Part shown: positions 10,813 to 21,284 of the stretch, piece by piece
Position numbering within the stretch: the first letter of the stretch is position 1
Layout: each line of letters opens with the position of its first letter
Source: Candidatus Hodarchaeota archaeon
GTDB taxonomy: Archaea; Asgardarchaeota; Heimdallarchaeia; Hodarchaeales; Hodarchaeaceae
Reading direction: 5' to 3'
Length of the DNA: 64,000 bases
Assembly: GCA_029856365.1 (NCBI GenBank)
Contig: JAHQWW010000003.1
Location: 1 to 64,000, forward strand
Program-made: the position numbers and the translations under genes
The notes under the pieces: model-generated
Told to the model about the DNA's origin: nothing
The model's database searches: none
The model's input: the letters and a program-made list of their open reading frames with translations, nothing else

Positions 10813-11568
10813 CTAAAAATTTTTCACGAAAGTTTGGAAAATACAGGGATCTTTTCTTGCTGCTCTTGCAACGGAAAAATATTGTGCCCCTGTGTCTAAA
10901 ATAGCTTGAGCGCTTTTTTTATCTACAACTGAATTATTTCCTATAACAGGGATATATATTTCATTTATATAGTGCTCTAATAACCCCAGATCTGTTCCTT
11001 TCTCTCCTGTTCTATAAGAATCAATATGTAAGAAGTCAAGCTGCCATTGATTAACTCGAGGGATTAATATGTCTGGATTGATAGCATTTCCACGTACTTT
11101 TAAAGAAATCTTAAAGTCATTGGAATGGAATACCTTGATAATATTCGTGAGGACATCAAAACGTTGTAAAAGACGTTGACCTCCTCCTATTTGTAAAATT
11201 TCCTTTTGTCGACAATGCGCATTAATCTCGATTATTGGTCTTTCGATAATGAGATCTGCAAACTGACGAATAAATTTTTTGGCATCTATCAAGTTATTGA
11301 TTCTCAAGTTGATTATGAGCTTAGTATAAGCTGAAATTGTGTGTGCTTCTCTTAATATTTCATTTGCTTCTTTCCCAACCTGAAGAATGAATTCTTTTCG
11401 TCCTCTTTGAGCAATTTTAACTGAAGCTGTGATCATTTCTCTTCCAATTGAATAACCTCCAATAGTGACCATCCCTGCTCCACCTTCTAACAAACAGTAT
11501 TGTGCAAAATCACCATTTGTTATACCAGCCATTGCAGCTAATATACTTGGATTTTCAAAGTTCCCCAT
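10813..11568 (-). CDS. Archaeal Dus-like FMN TIM-barrel protein (MJ0144/NifR3-related)
   Basis: LAAMAGITNG, EINAHCRQ, SLKVR, IGNNSV and SVARAA motifs; lacks the Dus C-terminal tRNA-binding domain. Confidence 0.8.
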   Translation of the reverse strand: MGNFENPSILAAMAGITNGDFAQYCLLEGGAGMVTIGGYSIGREMITASVKIAQRGRKEFILQVGKEANEILREAHTISAYTKLIINLRINNLIDAKKFIRQFADLIIERPIIEINAHCRQKEILQIGGGQRLLQRFDVLTNIIKVFHSNDFKISLKVRGNAINPDILIPRVNQWQLDFLHIDSYRTGEKGTDLGLLEHYINEIYIPVIGNNSVVDKKSAQAILDTGAQYFSVARAARKDPCIFQTFVKNF

Positions 11569-12501
11569 TCATTTTCTATCCATTATTCGTTCAAAAAGTC
11601 GGATGGCATCAATCTTAGAGTGAATATAAATGTCTTCTAACAGTGGAGTGAGGCCCTTCCCTTCAATTTCTTTTAGGTATTGTTTATCGGTATTATGAAT
11701 CATTAAGGCATCTAGAACATCATGAAACAATTCCGCAATTACTACAGGGGAAATAGAATACCCCCATGCTTCTAAAAAAGCTGATGTTGGACCAGAGACT
11801 GGATTTGATCCGATTATCGGACTAATGGCAATTCGATATCCCGAAGCATTTCGCAATGCTTCGCGTAGAGGGTGAAGGGCTAAAATTGGGCCAAGAGAGG
11901 AAACAGGATTACTTGGACCTATTATAATGGTATTAGCTCGTTGAATAGCGTCTAGGACCTGAGGGGTCGTTCGTTTTAGATCTCCCTCAAAGAAAACATT
12001 TTTAACTTGCAATTTCCCCTTAAATTTAACCCAGAACTCCTGTAAATGCAACGTTTGTTCAGACGTACGAATTTTTGTTTGAATAGCTTGATCGGCCATT
12101 GGAAGTACACGAGATTGGATGTTCAACCGTTTTCTAATGATTTCTGTTACCCCTGTGAGACTTATCCCTTTGTTCAGTAGATATGATCTGAATAAGCATA
12201 ACCCCGCATCAAAATCACCAAGATTAAACCAGACCTCTTCTTTTAACTGTTCTTTGAGGAATTGAACTAAGTTAAAGGTATCGTTTTCTATTCCCCACCA
12301 TTTATCTGTATCTATGAGGTTTGTTAATGTTAATAATATACTGTCAATGTCTGGTGACACATGTAACCCATAAAAATTCCAATCATCTCCTGTGTTTCCT
12401 ATAATTGTAAAGTCTCGTGCATCAGCCACATCTACGGCTCCTTGTAACAATTTTGGTGTCCCTGTACCCCCTGATAAAAAAACAACTCTAGAAAAGCCCA
12501 A
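11569..12501 (-). CDS. cofD: 2-phospho-L-lactate transferase
   Basis: LSGGTGTPKL, NTGDD, SPDID, LGDFD and GPSNPVSS motifs. Confidence 0.93.
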   Translation of the reverse strand: MGFSRVVFLSGGTGTPKLLQGAVDVADARDFTIIGNTGDDWNFYGLHVSPDIDSILLTLTNLIDTDKWWGIENDTFNLVQFLKEQLKEEVWFNLGDFDAGLCLFRSYLLNKGISLTGVTEIIRKRLNIQSRVLPMADQAIQTKIRTSEQTLHLQEFWVKFKGKLQVKNVFFEGDLKRTTPQVLDAIQRANTIIIGPSNPVSSLGPILALHPLREALRNASGYRIAISPIIGSNPVSGPTSAFLEAWGYSISPVVIAELFHDVLDALMIHNTDKQYLKEIEGKGLTPLLEDIYIHSKIDAIRLFERIMDRK

Positions 12502-12607
12502 TCTGTTATCTCCTTGACTGAAAATAATTAATTACTCTATTTTCTCTCCGTTTTCAATGTCATTATTTTAATAATGGGCCACAAATTATTGCTGCCAATG
12601 AATAACA

Positions 12608-13726
12608 ATGTCCACAAAAAACAATGAATGGGATCTTATCTTCATTGGAGAAAATGATAGCATCAATACACAGACAATATGGCATGCTGCCACCCTAGCA
12701 AGGAGTAGGGGGATTCAAGAACGCGACCTTGTTATTATTGATTGGCCAAAAGATCCAATTGTCTGTTGTGGACTCCATCAATCCCTAAATCAAGTTGTAG
12801 ACCTGAATTTCTGTAAATCAAACAATATCCCTGTTATTCGCAGAGTCTGTGGAGGAGGAGCAGTATTACTGGATTCTAACCAACTTTTTTATAATGTTAT
12901 AGCCCATATCGACTCAAAAATTATTCCCCGTCAGATTACCGCTTTATATTCGAAACTTCTCGAACCTGTTGTTAAAACATATCGTCATTTTAATATAGAA
13001 GCAGATTATAAACCAGTGAACGACATCTTGGTTAAAGGCCGCAAGATTTCAGGAAATGGAGCTGCTCTTCTTGAGAGTACTCAAGTTTTAGTGGGTAATT
13101 TTATTTTAGATTTTCCTCGTAAGGAAATGACCCGAATATTAAGAGTACCAAATGAAAAATTCCGTGATAAAGTCTATAAATCCTTAGAAGCTGGAATTAC
13201 TTCTTTCCAAGATGAACTTGGGTATATTCCAAATCGAGATGAGATAATTGATGTATATACACACCACTTTGAATCAATCCTGAAAGTTCATCTTATTCCT
13301 GCATCACTTGAACCTAAAACCCTAGAATTAATACAGCAGTTGAGATCTACTTATTTGACTGATGAGTGGAGATTTCAAGTAGCTCAACGAGGAAAAAGCT
13401 TGATTCACAAAGTTAAGATTCACGCTTCAAATTATATCGTGGAAGGCACGCATAAATCAACTGGTGGCTTAATACAGGTGATTTGTGAATTTCAGGGGGC
13501 AGTTCTAGTTGATATTCTGATAAGTGGTGATTTTTGGATTTACCCTGATCTTATTCTTCCCAAATTGGAACAACATCTACGTAACACCGATCTAAGCGAA
13601 GTAGATCTCGGATTGCATATAGAATCCTTTTTAAGCAGTAATAACTGCGAAAGTCCAGGAACTACCTCTGAAGATCTTGCACAATCAATACATAATGCTT
13701 ATCAGAACATTACCAGCAGTTCTTGA
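12608..13726 (+). CDS. lplA: Lipoate-protein ligase A with fused C-terminal domain
   Basis: IRRVCGGGAV, NDI...RKISGNG, K..GGLI and ISGDF motifs. Confidence 0.9.
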   Translation: MSTKNNEWDLIFIGENDSINTQTIWHAATLARSRGIQERDLVIIDWPKDPIVCCGLHQSLNQVVDLNFCKSNNIPVIRRVCGGGAVLLDSNQLFYNVIAHIDSKIIPRQITALYSKLLEPVVKTYRHFNIEADYKPVNDILVKGRKISGNGAALLESTQVLVGNFILDFPRKEMTRILRVPNEKFRDKVYKSLEAGITSFQDELGYIPNRDEIIDVYTHHFESILKVHLIPASLEPKTLELIQQLRSTYLTDEWRFQVAQRGKSLIHKVKIHASNYIVEGTHKSTGGLIQVICEFQGAVLVDILISGDFWIYPDLILPKLEQHLRNTDLSEVDLGLHIESFLSSNNCESPGTTSEDLAQSIHNAYQNITSSS

Positions 13727-13738
13727 CATTCAGGCACT

Positions 13739-14365
13739 TCAGATCTCGTCAAGGGTTTCTAAGCATTCGATAACCAAATTAATTGCTTTTCTCATTACAT
13801 CCAAACTCATTGAAGAGGATTGAGGGGAGTCAACTATTTGCTCTGGTAGGAGTGGAAAGTGAATAAACCCTGCTAAAACAGATTCAAGTTGGGAAGAGGT
13901 ATCTAAATAATTCAAAGTATGGTACATTAACTGGTTACATCCAAAGGTTCCAGCAGAATTCGATATGTAGCAGGGAATATCATTTTTCTTCAGATATTTT
14001 TCTATATATTTGATAGGTAAAGTACTAAAATACGCCACTGGTTCTCCTTCCACCAATATTTCTTCATTTGGTTTTGTACCGCAATTGTACGCGACTTTAG
14101 AAGCATCAGCTAGATTAATGGCTACTCTCTCAATGGAAATCGAAGGACGTGAAGCTTGACCAGTATTGATTATTATATCAGGGTTTGTTTTGTCAATTAG
14201 TCGAGTAATTGTTGGTTTGATTTCAGTAAATCTTAATGGAATTGTTTTTCCAATCACCTTAATATTTGTAAATGTCATGTCATCTAGTTCTTGCGCGATT
14301 ATATCAGAAGGATTGATTTTATACCCCCCAAAAGCTTCAAAACCAGTTAATAGTAATGATCTCAT
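13739..14365 (-). CDS. pcp: Pyroglutamyl-peptidase I
   Basis: LTGFEAF...NPS, ERVAIN, SAGTFGCN and GFIH motifs. Confidence 0.93.
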   Translation of the reverse strand: MRSLLLTGFEAFGGYKINPSDIIAQELDDMTFTNIKVIGKTIPLRFTEIKPTITRLIDKTNPDIIINTGQASRPSISIERVAINLADASKVAYNCGTKPNEEILVEGEPVAYFSTLPIKYIEKYLKKNDIPCYISNSAGTFGCNQLMYHTLNYLDTSSQLESVLAGFIHFPLLPEQIVDSPQSSSMSLDVMRKAINLVIECLETLDEI

Positions 14366-14481
14366 ATCTTATCCCACTATTCCTACAAATGATTTTAATT
14401 GTATAACAGAGAAAAAAATATAGTATATTTCTTGAATAATATTACCAACTACTAATACTTTCTAATTATAAAAGTGAAATA

Positions 14482-15111
14482 ATGATGCTATCCACTTCTG
14501 CAGATTGGGAATCCTATGCTAAAAGTACGTCATCTGTCATCATGCGAGCTCATTATTTCTTCACTGTCTGGCGAAATTATCTCTTTTTGTTACATGGCTT
14601 GAAAATACCTCAAGGAACCTTATTAGAGATAGGATCCTCTACAGGCCAGAATTCTCTTCGTCTCGCTAAGAAATATAAACTAAGGCCAACTTTAGTTGAC
14701 ACCTCACGACTTGCTTTAGCTATTGCAGATAAGCTTTTTAGACAATCCAAGATTTCTCTAAAATTGGTTCAGCAAGATGTATTGAACTTATCACTTAATT
14801 GTCAATTTGATGTTGTTCATTCCCATGGATTGTTAGAACACTTAAGAAGTCCAGCTCAACAAATCGCGTTTCATAATCATGCTAGATTCGTTCGCCCAGG
14901 AGGATGGTTAATCTGTTGGGTTCCCACTCCTGACATTCTGTACCGTCTAAATCGTTGGTATTTAGAACGGACAAAGCAATGGATATTTGGTTTTGAAAAA
15001 CCCCTCCTTCTCAAAGATTTTATATTACTTTTTCAACACGAGGATCTTCGCATAAGAAGAATTTGTCATCCTCCAGGATGGCTGGGTATTGCAGCTCAGA
15101 AATCTGTTTAA
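14482..15111 (+). CDS. Class I SAM-dependent methyltransferase
   Basis: LLEIGSSTG, FDVVHSHGLLEH and RPGG motifs. Confidence 0.85.
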   Translation: MMLSTSADWESYAKSTSSVIMRAHYFFTVWRNYLFLLHGLKIPQGTLLEIGSSTGQNSLRLAKKYKLRPTLVDTSRLALAIADKLFRQSKISLKLVQQDVLNLSLNCQFDVVHSHGLLEHLRSPAQQIAFHNHARFVRPGGWLICWVPTPDILYRLNRWYLERTKQWIFGFEKPLLLKDFILLFQHEDLRIRRICHPPGWLGIAAQKSV

Positions 15112-15139
15112 AGAAATAACAGAAGTTCCATAAAAAGTC

Positions 15140-16123
15140 TTAGCTAGAGAAGATTGAAGGTTCCTCATCTGGATTAAAGAAAAAGATATTGCTTGGATCC
15201 AAGATTCGTGCCGTTTTACCAGTTTTTCCATGTATTGAATTAGGTAATCGGAGCAGCCGACGTAAATCGATAGACACCTTATGATCTATGCGTGGTACCC
15301 ATCGTCGTAAAATTTCATCGTATTTATTAATCTTTGCCACCCGAAGATTAAAATTCCTTAATAAATTTTCATCAATCTGACCTTCTTGATGATCTAATTG
15401 TTTTAGGATATTGGATGCAACAGAGGAGCTGAAACCCAGATCTATGAGGTCCTTTCGTCTAACATTTTTGAGAAAATACTTGAACACTGTGTGTTCAATA
15501 CGGTAGCGAAAATCGTACTTTAATTTCATGCGATCCTGGATTCGAGCTTTCTCTGCTTCTCCGTGAATAACTGATAGATAATCTATTATCGACATACGCT
15601 GTTCTTGATCTAATGAAAAGCCTAAATCATCAGTTACCCAACCATGTACACCCCGACGCCCAGAAAAAATCCAAGTAATATCTTTCATCCCAAAATCAAG
15701 CCGTAATGTTTCATCAATGATATGTACTGCCAGATTTACTAATTGCCAACAACGTTGACACACCTGATCTGCGCCTTGACAATCACAAACAAATTGGCGT
15801 ACAGCATCATACTCATTCAAGTCAATGTCAAAGACGAGTTCATGCCCAACCCACTCTAGGGTATGAATCGGGGTCTCTCGCGAAGGTGGTTCATTATACA
15901 CAGCTCCAACATAAGCATGATATGGGGTTCGATCCACCAGAAAATCAATCAATGTTTTAGGATTTTCAAATGAAATGTTACGAAAAAACTTCCCTCCTAG
16001 GGTAGCAAAACCAAATTCGCGGGTTGAAAAGTTAGAGAAGTTAATAATGGCTGCAAGTCCATCGATGTCAAAAGTTGCAGAATAATAATCTCGAAGGGCA
16101 GTTCGTTGTTGAGCTTGGTTCAC
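15140..16123 (-). CDS. priS: DNA primase catalytic subunit (eukaryote-like)
   Basis: REFGF, ELVFDID, SGRRGVH and RLPNSIHGKTG motifs. Confidence 0.95.
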   Translation of the reverse strand: MNQAQQRTALRDYYSATFDIDGLAAIINFSNFSTREFGFATLGGKFFRNISFENPKTLIDFLVDRTPYHAYVGAVYNEPPSRETPIHTLEWVGHELVFDIDLNEYDAVRQFVCDCQGADQVCQRCWQLVNLAVHIIDETLRLDFGMKDITWIFSGRRGVHGWVTDDLGFSLDQEQRMSIIDYLSVIHGEAEKARIQDRMKLKYDFRYRIEHTVFKYFLKNVRRKDLIDLGFSSSVASNILKQLDHQEGQIDENLLRNFNLRVAKINKYDEILRRWVPRIDHKVSIDLRRLLRLPNSIHGKTGKTARILDPSNIFFFNPDEEPSIFSS

Positions 16124-17451
16124 TGATTTTTTTCCGCCTCATTATTTATTGATGAATTACTCTCATCTTGTTCTATCATTAATCCTTCGAATTTACTTGC
16201 ATATCTTGCCCATTGCAATGGATGAACGATTTTTCGATACAAAATCCTTTTATAAATAAACGGAAAATATTCTTTGCAGGCAAGAGTGGGATCGCGACTA
16301 CTTCTAGAAACGATTTTTTCTAGTTGGCTTTTAGGTGGGGTAAGGGATTTTTTTTGTGTAAGATGGTTTTTACTAAGAAAATTTATTAATATTGCTGGAT
16401 CTAAGTGAACAAAAGGACAGAAGTAGCTTGTGGCTATGGTAGAACATTTGGGAACATCATAATCTTTTTTTCCACCTTCCAATCCATATAAATGACGTAT
16501 TTGGTAACCCGCTGTTCGTTGAAATTCCGCATAACTTACATTTAGATTATCTACCGACTTTTCGTACCAATAATGGAGTTGATCATCCACAGACATTCCA
16601 ATTTTCTTCAGAAAAAAACCTAATTGAAGTCGATGCGTATGAATCAAACGCCCCGTTTTCTCGAATTCAGAAAATAAATATATCATGCATGGAGGGAAGA
16701 TTTCAGGATGTGATTGTAAATCTTTGCCCTCAAATTCAGCAGAAGAAAATTGTGAGCGAACTTGGGTATGTTTTGCAAGATTTTGTTCGATTTCTTGGAC
16801 TACTTGGTCAATATCTTCATTGATTCCCAGTAAATCTTGAGCTTTTTCAATTTCTTCTTGAAGTCTATTCTCAAAAGCTTTTTTAAGGCTTCCACGGAAA
16901 GAAACTTCATTTGAGACAACCCAACCTTTACGAAGATAACCTCTACGATTTGAAACCATCCATGGTACCTGCGAGAAATGGACACAAATCAGGAAGTCAC
17001 TTGCAGCTCTTCCTCGGGTTGAATGAAATTGATGATATAACTCTGCTAAATTTTCGTTTCGTTTCTCATCCATTTTGTACTTAAACTCTTCATATTCCAT
17101 AACATTCTCTGAACCAAATAAATTCTTGAAAACTACTTGCTTTTGATCCAAAGATGTTCGATCAAAATATAACCGTTCAAATAGGTCTCCCTCTGATTCT
17201 ATAAGCCAAGCTTCTAAACGTCGATTTGTAGCAGCTACTAATCGAAGTAAATATGCCCCTAAACGATAATCATTGTAGATCTGGTTCAATGCATCATCAT
17301 ATATTGGGAAATGATCCCGTACAACCTGTGAAGGATTTTGAGGTAATTGTTCAAGAAGCTTGACACGAATCCATGCTAATTGTTTCCACTGATTAACATC
17401 AATATCAAGGTCAGGTGGAGATTGCAAAATGAACCAGTCGGGTAAGGACAT
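16120..17451 (-). CDS. priL: DNA primase large subunit
   Basis: FPPCM, HRLQLG.FLK.IG, YQIRHLYGLEG..KDY..PKC Fe-S domain and HPL motifs; overlaps priS by 4 bp. Confidence 0.92.
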   Translation of the reverse strand: MSLPDWFILQSPPDLDIDVNQWKQLAWIRVKLLEQLPQNPSQVVRDHFPIYDDALNQIYNDYRLGAYLLRLVAATNRRLEAWLIESEGDLFERLYFDRTSLDQKQVVFKNLFGSENVMEYEEFKYKMDEKRNENLAELYHQFHSTRGRAASDFLICVHFSQVPWMVSNRRGYLRKGWVVSNEVSFRGSLKKAFENRLQEEIEKAQDLLGINEDIDQVVQEIEQNLAKHTQVRSQFSSAEFEGKDLQSHPEIFPPCMIYLFSEFEKTGRLIHTHRLQLGFFLKKIGMSVDDQLHYWYEKSVDNLNVSYAEFQRTAGYQIRHLYGLEGGKKDYDVPKCSTIATSYFCPFVHLDPAILINFLSKNHLTQKKSLTPPKSQLEKIVSRSSRDPTLACKEYFPFIYKRILYRKIVHPLQWARYASKFEGLMIEQDESNSSINNEAEKNQ

Positions 17452-17726
17452 AATTATCTCCTTCTTTCAATGAAATGAGATAATATCATTCACATCTACC
17501 GTTACTTAAGGGAATGGTTTGATACGAATCTCAAAATTCCTCTTCAAATAACTTTTTTATCTTCATCTTTAAGCTTCATTAATTTTAAAAGCTACAATGA
17601 AGTTGACATTTTTATTTTTCAGGGTTTTATATCAAACAATATTTCAGTTAGAATTCTTCCTAATAAACTAAATCCGACAATTATTAAACTCTGTTAATTC
17701 GCACTAATCCTACCCTGAATCTGAAA

Positions 17727-18338
17727 ATGGTGAGTTTTATTCCTAATATATATCTCCGCTACTGTATGAATAAAATGGATATAGTTGAACACCTTATTCC
17801 TAAAGGATCAGGCCGTGTGTTGGATGTTGGTTGTGGAGATATTGATGTCGCAGGCCACGTTTACTGTCATAATCGGTTAAAACGAAAATATAAGGATGTA
17901 ATAGGAATCGATATCAATCCTGGACGACGAAGAAATACGATCCGAGCTAGTGCATCGAATATTCCGTTTGCAAACCAATCAATTGAATATGTAGTGTCTT
18001 TTGACGTTATTGAACATATCAAGGATTATTCAGCGGTCATTAAGGACATGTTAAGAATAGCAAACCGAAGAGTCATCATTATTGTACCAACTACAAAAAA
18101 TCGCTTTATTCGGCCAATTTTGAATTTTCTTCGTCGAATGTTACGTGGGGTTGATAATTTTATATTTCAAGGTCATTATTATGAATTCTATCCATCTGAA
18201 GTATGTATATTCAAAGGATACAGATATTCTTGTAAAGTGATTACAATCAACTATCCAATCATTGGCGCTTCTATTTTTCACAGAAAAGGATTGATTTCTG
18301 CGGGTATCTACATTTTTGATAGACTGAAGAAAGAATGA
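17727..18338 (+). CDS. Class I SAM-dependent methyltransferase
   Basis: VLDVGCG, GIDIN and FDVIEH motifs; true start may be slightly downstream. Confidence 0.85.
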   Translation: MVSFIPNIYLRYCMNKMDIVEHLIPKGSGRVLDVGCGDIDVAGHVYCHNRLKRKYKDVIGIDINPGRRRNTIRASASNIPFANQSIEYVVSFDVIEHIKDYSAVIKDMLRIANRRVIIIVPTTKNRFIRPILNFLRRMLRGVDNFIFQGHYYEFYPSEVCIFKGYRYSCKVITINYPIIGASIFHRKGLISAGIYIFDRLKKE

Positions 18339-18426
18339 TAATTGCTCTGGTTGAAGCAAGAGTAAGTTCTTCAATGAGACTGAATTAAATTATAGGTATT
18401 TTTCAAGTTACTATGATTCAAAAGCT

Positions 18427-19602
18427 CTAAACAGTAATATTTTCCAAATCCTTGGATGTAACTCGAGTTTTTCCTGCAATATAAACTAAAATTCCTGCAA
18501 TGATAATGAAATAGAATTTCATCAACTGAACCAATATTGCTCCAGCTGCAGATGTTTCTGTTCCCAAATTCAGTCCCATTTCTAAGAAGACTGTCAACGT
18601 GATCTCTTTCAATCCAGCCATTCCAGGAATACCAACAGGGATAGCATCTATTGTTCCTCCAAGAAAATTAATTGCTGCTACCTGATCGAGTAATATCTGA
18701 ATTCCAATGGCGTGGAGAATGAGATAAATAGCAACCCAGTGCGCAACTTGGGAAAGAAAGGCCAAGATAAGAGCAAGTAGTGACAATAACTTATTATGAG
18801 CTAAATATTTGAACTGAATACTAAAATCATCGATAATTTTTCCACTTGGCTCTATTGCATCTTTTGCAAATTTCCCAACAAGAGGAAAAGAGGATAATGC
18901 TTTTAAAACAAATATTACAATTTTCTTTGCAATAATAGGGCTTTTTGAAACAAGAATGAAAAATATTATCACTATTAGTGATAGTAAGGAGATAATTATA
19001 ACAAGTGTAACGGCCACGTCATTAGATAATGGTTGCCCAGTCCTATTTTCGATAATGTCACTAAAATACATTAACATTGCAACTGCTACAAAGATTGATA
19101 TGGGAATGAATGCTATCAATCCACAGAGCTTATGAGCTACTACACTAGATAGTATTTCCCCACTGGTTGCATTGCGCTCTTCTTTTTCATTGATAAACTC
19201 TTTAGTTCCCAATGCAATTCTCATCAGACTCTCAATAGCTCCAGCACTAGGAATCAGTAATCCGTAAGAAAATGACGCAAGTTGGATACGATAAACTGCT
19301 GGAGTAGAAGGTCGAATAGAAGAAATTCCTAAGAGAATTTTCCAAGCAAGAGTATCAAATAAAATAGCAATGAAGGTGAACAACGTCCCTGGAACTAAGA
19401 TAATGAGATCTGCACTGAACATAATTTCAAGCATTCTAAAAATACTTACGTTTCCTAAGTATAAATAGATTAATAAAACCAAAGCAGCGAAACTTAGTAA
19501 TAATAGAGTCTTTTTATCAAATGCTTTTCGTAGAGAGATCTCTGTCTCTTCTGTAACCAATTCTGATGAGGTTTCCACAAAATCGACCTCAGATGAGGTC
19601 AT
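18427..19602 (-). CDS. UPF0104 family flippase-like membrane protein
   Basis: Multi-TM; LIPSAG and PGMAGLKE motifs; paralogous to 4933-5946. Confidence 0.75.
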   Translation of the reverse strand: MTSSEVDFVETSSELVTEETEISLRKAFDKKTLLLLSFAALVLLIYLYLGNVSIFRMLEIMFSADLIILVPGTLFTFIAILFDTLAWKILLGISSIRPSTPAVYRIQLASFSYGLLIPSAGAIESLMRIALGTKEFINEKEERNATSGEILSSVVAHKLCGLIAFIPISIFVAVAMLMYFSDIIENRTGQPLSNDVAVTLVIIISLLSLIVIIFFILVSKSPIIAKKIVIFVLKALSSFPLVGKFAKDAIEPSGKIIDDFSIQFKYLAHNKLLSLLALILAFLSQVAHWVAIYLILHAIGIQILLDQVAAINFLGGTIDAIPVGIPGMAGLKEITLTVFLEMGLNLGTETSAAGAILVQLMKFYFIIIAGILVYIAGKTRVTSKDLENITV

Positions 19603-19657
19603 GGGCCGAGACCTTCATATATTCTTTTGCTAAAAAACGATATGCGCCAACCATACC

Positions 19658-20839
19658 ATGAGATGGTTCGAAATGGATATCCCAGAACTGATCTTCGTCT
19701 ACTTGGGGCCCATTCTATACAATCTTATCTTCATTTCATTATGGATCCTCTGGTTTGTGTATCACCGTGAAGAAGAAAATCAGGGACTAAAACGTCTCTT
19801 CAGTAAATATCTTCATAATAGTAAATGGTTCTATCTTATCACAGGGTTATTAATCGTTGTGTTTCTTTATTTATTATTCTCATATGCGATAACTAACACT
19901 GATGTTGATGATGCCATAACCTCAGCTGTACACGCTTTTTTACAGGGAATTAATCCTTATCAGAAAGACGTTGTAGAACATTATGTTAATTCTGAAATGG
20001 TTCCTGGTCGTTATCATTATTTCCCTCCTGATCTTCTCACTTACAGCTTATTCTACATTTTGGTTGGTCATTTTTTTGTTTTCTTTTTTGACACTTATTG
20101 GTTTGTACCATTGCATTTTTTGCTGATAATCCCAAGCTATTGGATAATTACCCAGCTTGTTGAATGGCCTCATCACCGACTTTTCCCTTTTACTTTACTT
20201 TTAATTACTCCTTTTTTATTCACCAATTCAATGCTTATGTGGTTTTTTTTCCTTATAGGATATTATTACTATGAAAAAAAGGAAAGACACATCCTTGGTA
20301 TGGTATTCTATGTTCTTGCAGCCTCGGTTAAATACATGGTGGGTTTTATTATTCTCTTTTATTTCGTTCGAACTATAAAAGAACTTTATAAAGAGAGAGG
20401 CCCCTTTAACATTTGGAAATTAGTTGGATATAAGCTTACTCCTTATATTATCTCCAGTTTGGTCTTAATCTTGATTTGTTTGCCATTTGGGCTCATCGAC
20501 GTTATAAAATCAGTTTTTATATATCAAGGGGATCCCCAGTACAGAGAGGATGTTGCACAATCAGTGGGTCCATTACTGATTGAAATCCTTAAATCCCTGA
20601 ATTTGATATCTCTCTATCTCCCTATTGTAGGAGTCATTGTTATTCTAGCTCTTATTATTCTAATAAAACAACCTACTTATGATCAAATCATCCACTTTTC
20701 TTTTCTTGCTATGATTATCCTCCCATTCTATGCTACAGAGCTGTTTATCACTCTTCCTTTCTTCTTTTGGTTCAAAGAAGGGGGGGAATCAATGCCAGTG
20801 AGCATTAAAAATGATGTACTATCAAAACTGCAGCCCTAA
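19658..20839 (+). CDS. GT-C fold (GT87/PIG-M/PimE-like) membrane glycosyltransferase candidate
   Basis: About 10 TM helices; first loop TDVDD...GINPY...YHYFPP; conserved K in AASVKY. Confidence 0.6.
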   Translation: MRWFEMDIPELIFVYLGPILYNLIFISLWILWFVYHREEENQGLKRLFSKYLHNSKWFYLITGLLIVVFLYLLFSYAITNTDVDDAITSAVHAFLQGINPYQKDVVEHYVNSEMVPGRYHYFPPDLLTYSLFYILVGHFFVFFFDTYWFVPLHFLLIIPSYWIITQLVEWPHHRLFPFTLLLITPFLFTNSMLMWFFFLIGYYYYEKKERHILGMVFYVLAASVKYMVGFIILFYFVRTIKELYKERGPFNIWKLVGYKLTPYIISSLVLILICLPFGLIDVIKSVFIYQGDPQYREDVAQSVGPLLIEILKSLNLISLYLPIVGVIVILALIILIKQPTYDQIIHFSFLAMIILPFYATELFITLPFFFWFKEGGESMPVSIKNDVLSKLQP

Positions 20840-20864
20840 CCCCTAAAACCATTTCAACGGGATG

Positions 20865-21107
20865 CTAACGCTTTCTATCGGCAATTGTAGTAATCACAGA
20901 GATACTACGAACAGAAAAACGTTCATCAACATAAAGAATACGCACATGTTTCTCTTCTGAATCGTGGAGACCATGGATGTCAACAACTTGACACACTCCG
21001 GAGATTGAAGGTTTATAATCATTCTTATTCATCTTTAAAGGAATTGCCTTCTTGCAAATTGAGCAGGGTTCGCAATTGAGATCTACTAGATTAGTCTTAG
21101 ATGACAT
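20865..21107 (-). CDS. Small putative zinc-binding protein (CxxC...H...H)
   Basis: CSIC, DIHG and HVRILYVD pattern; resembles a small domain common in Asgard proteomes. Confidence 0.6.
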   Translation of the reverse strand: MSSKTNLVDLNCEPCSICKKAIPLKMNKNDYKPSISGVCQVVDIHGLHDSEEKHVRILYVDERFSVRSISVITTIADRKR

Positions 21108-21284
21108 TATCCGTCTCGCCTGTGATGCTTTCTCGAAAGAACTCCAATCTTCATAGCTTCAAAAACCTTTGCTAATTCTTAATATTAACTTCATAAAATA
21201 CTGATTACATAAATTTAAATAGTGATGTTTTACCTAAAAAGCAAGAATACCTAACTATTCAACCAAGAAGCAGGGGTTCTATAA

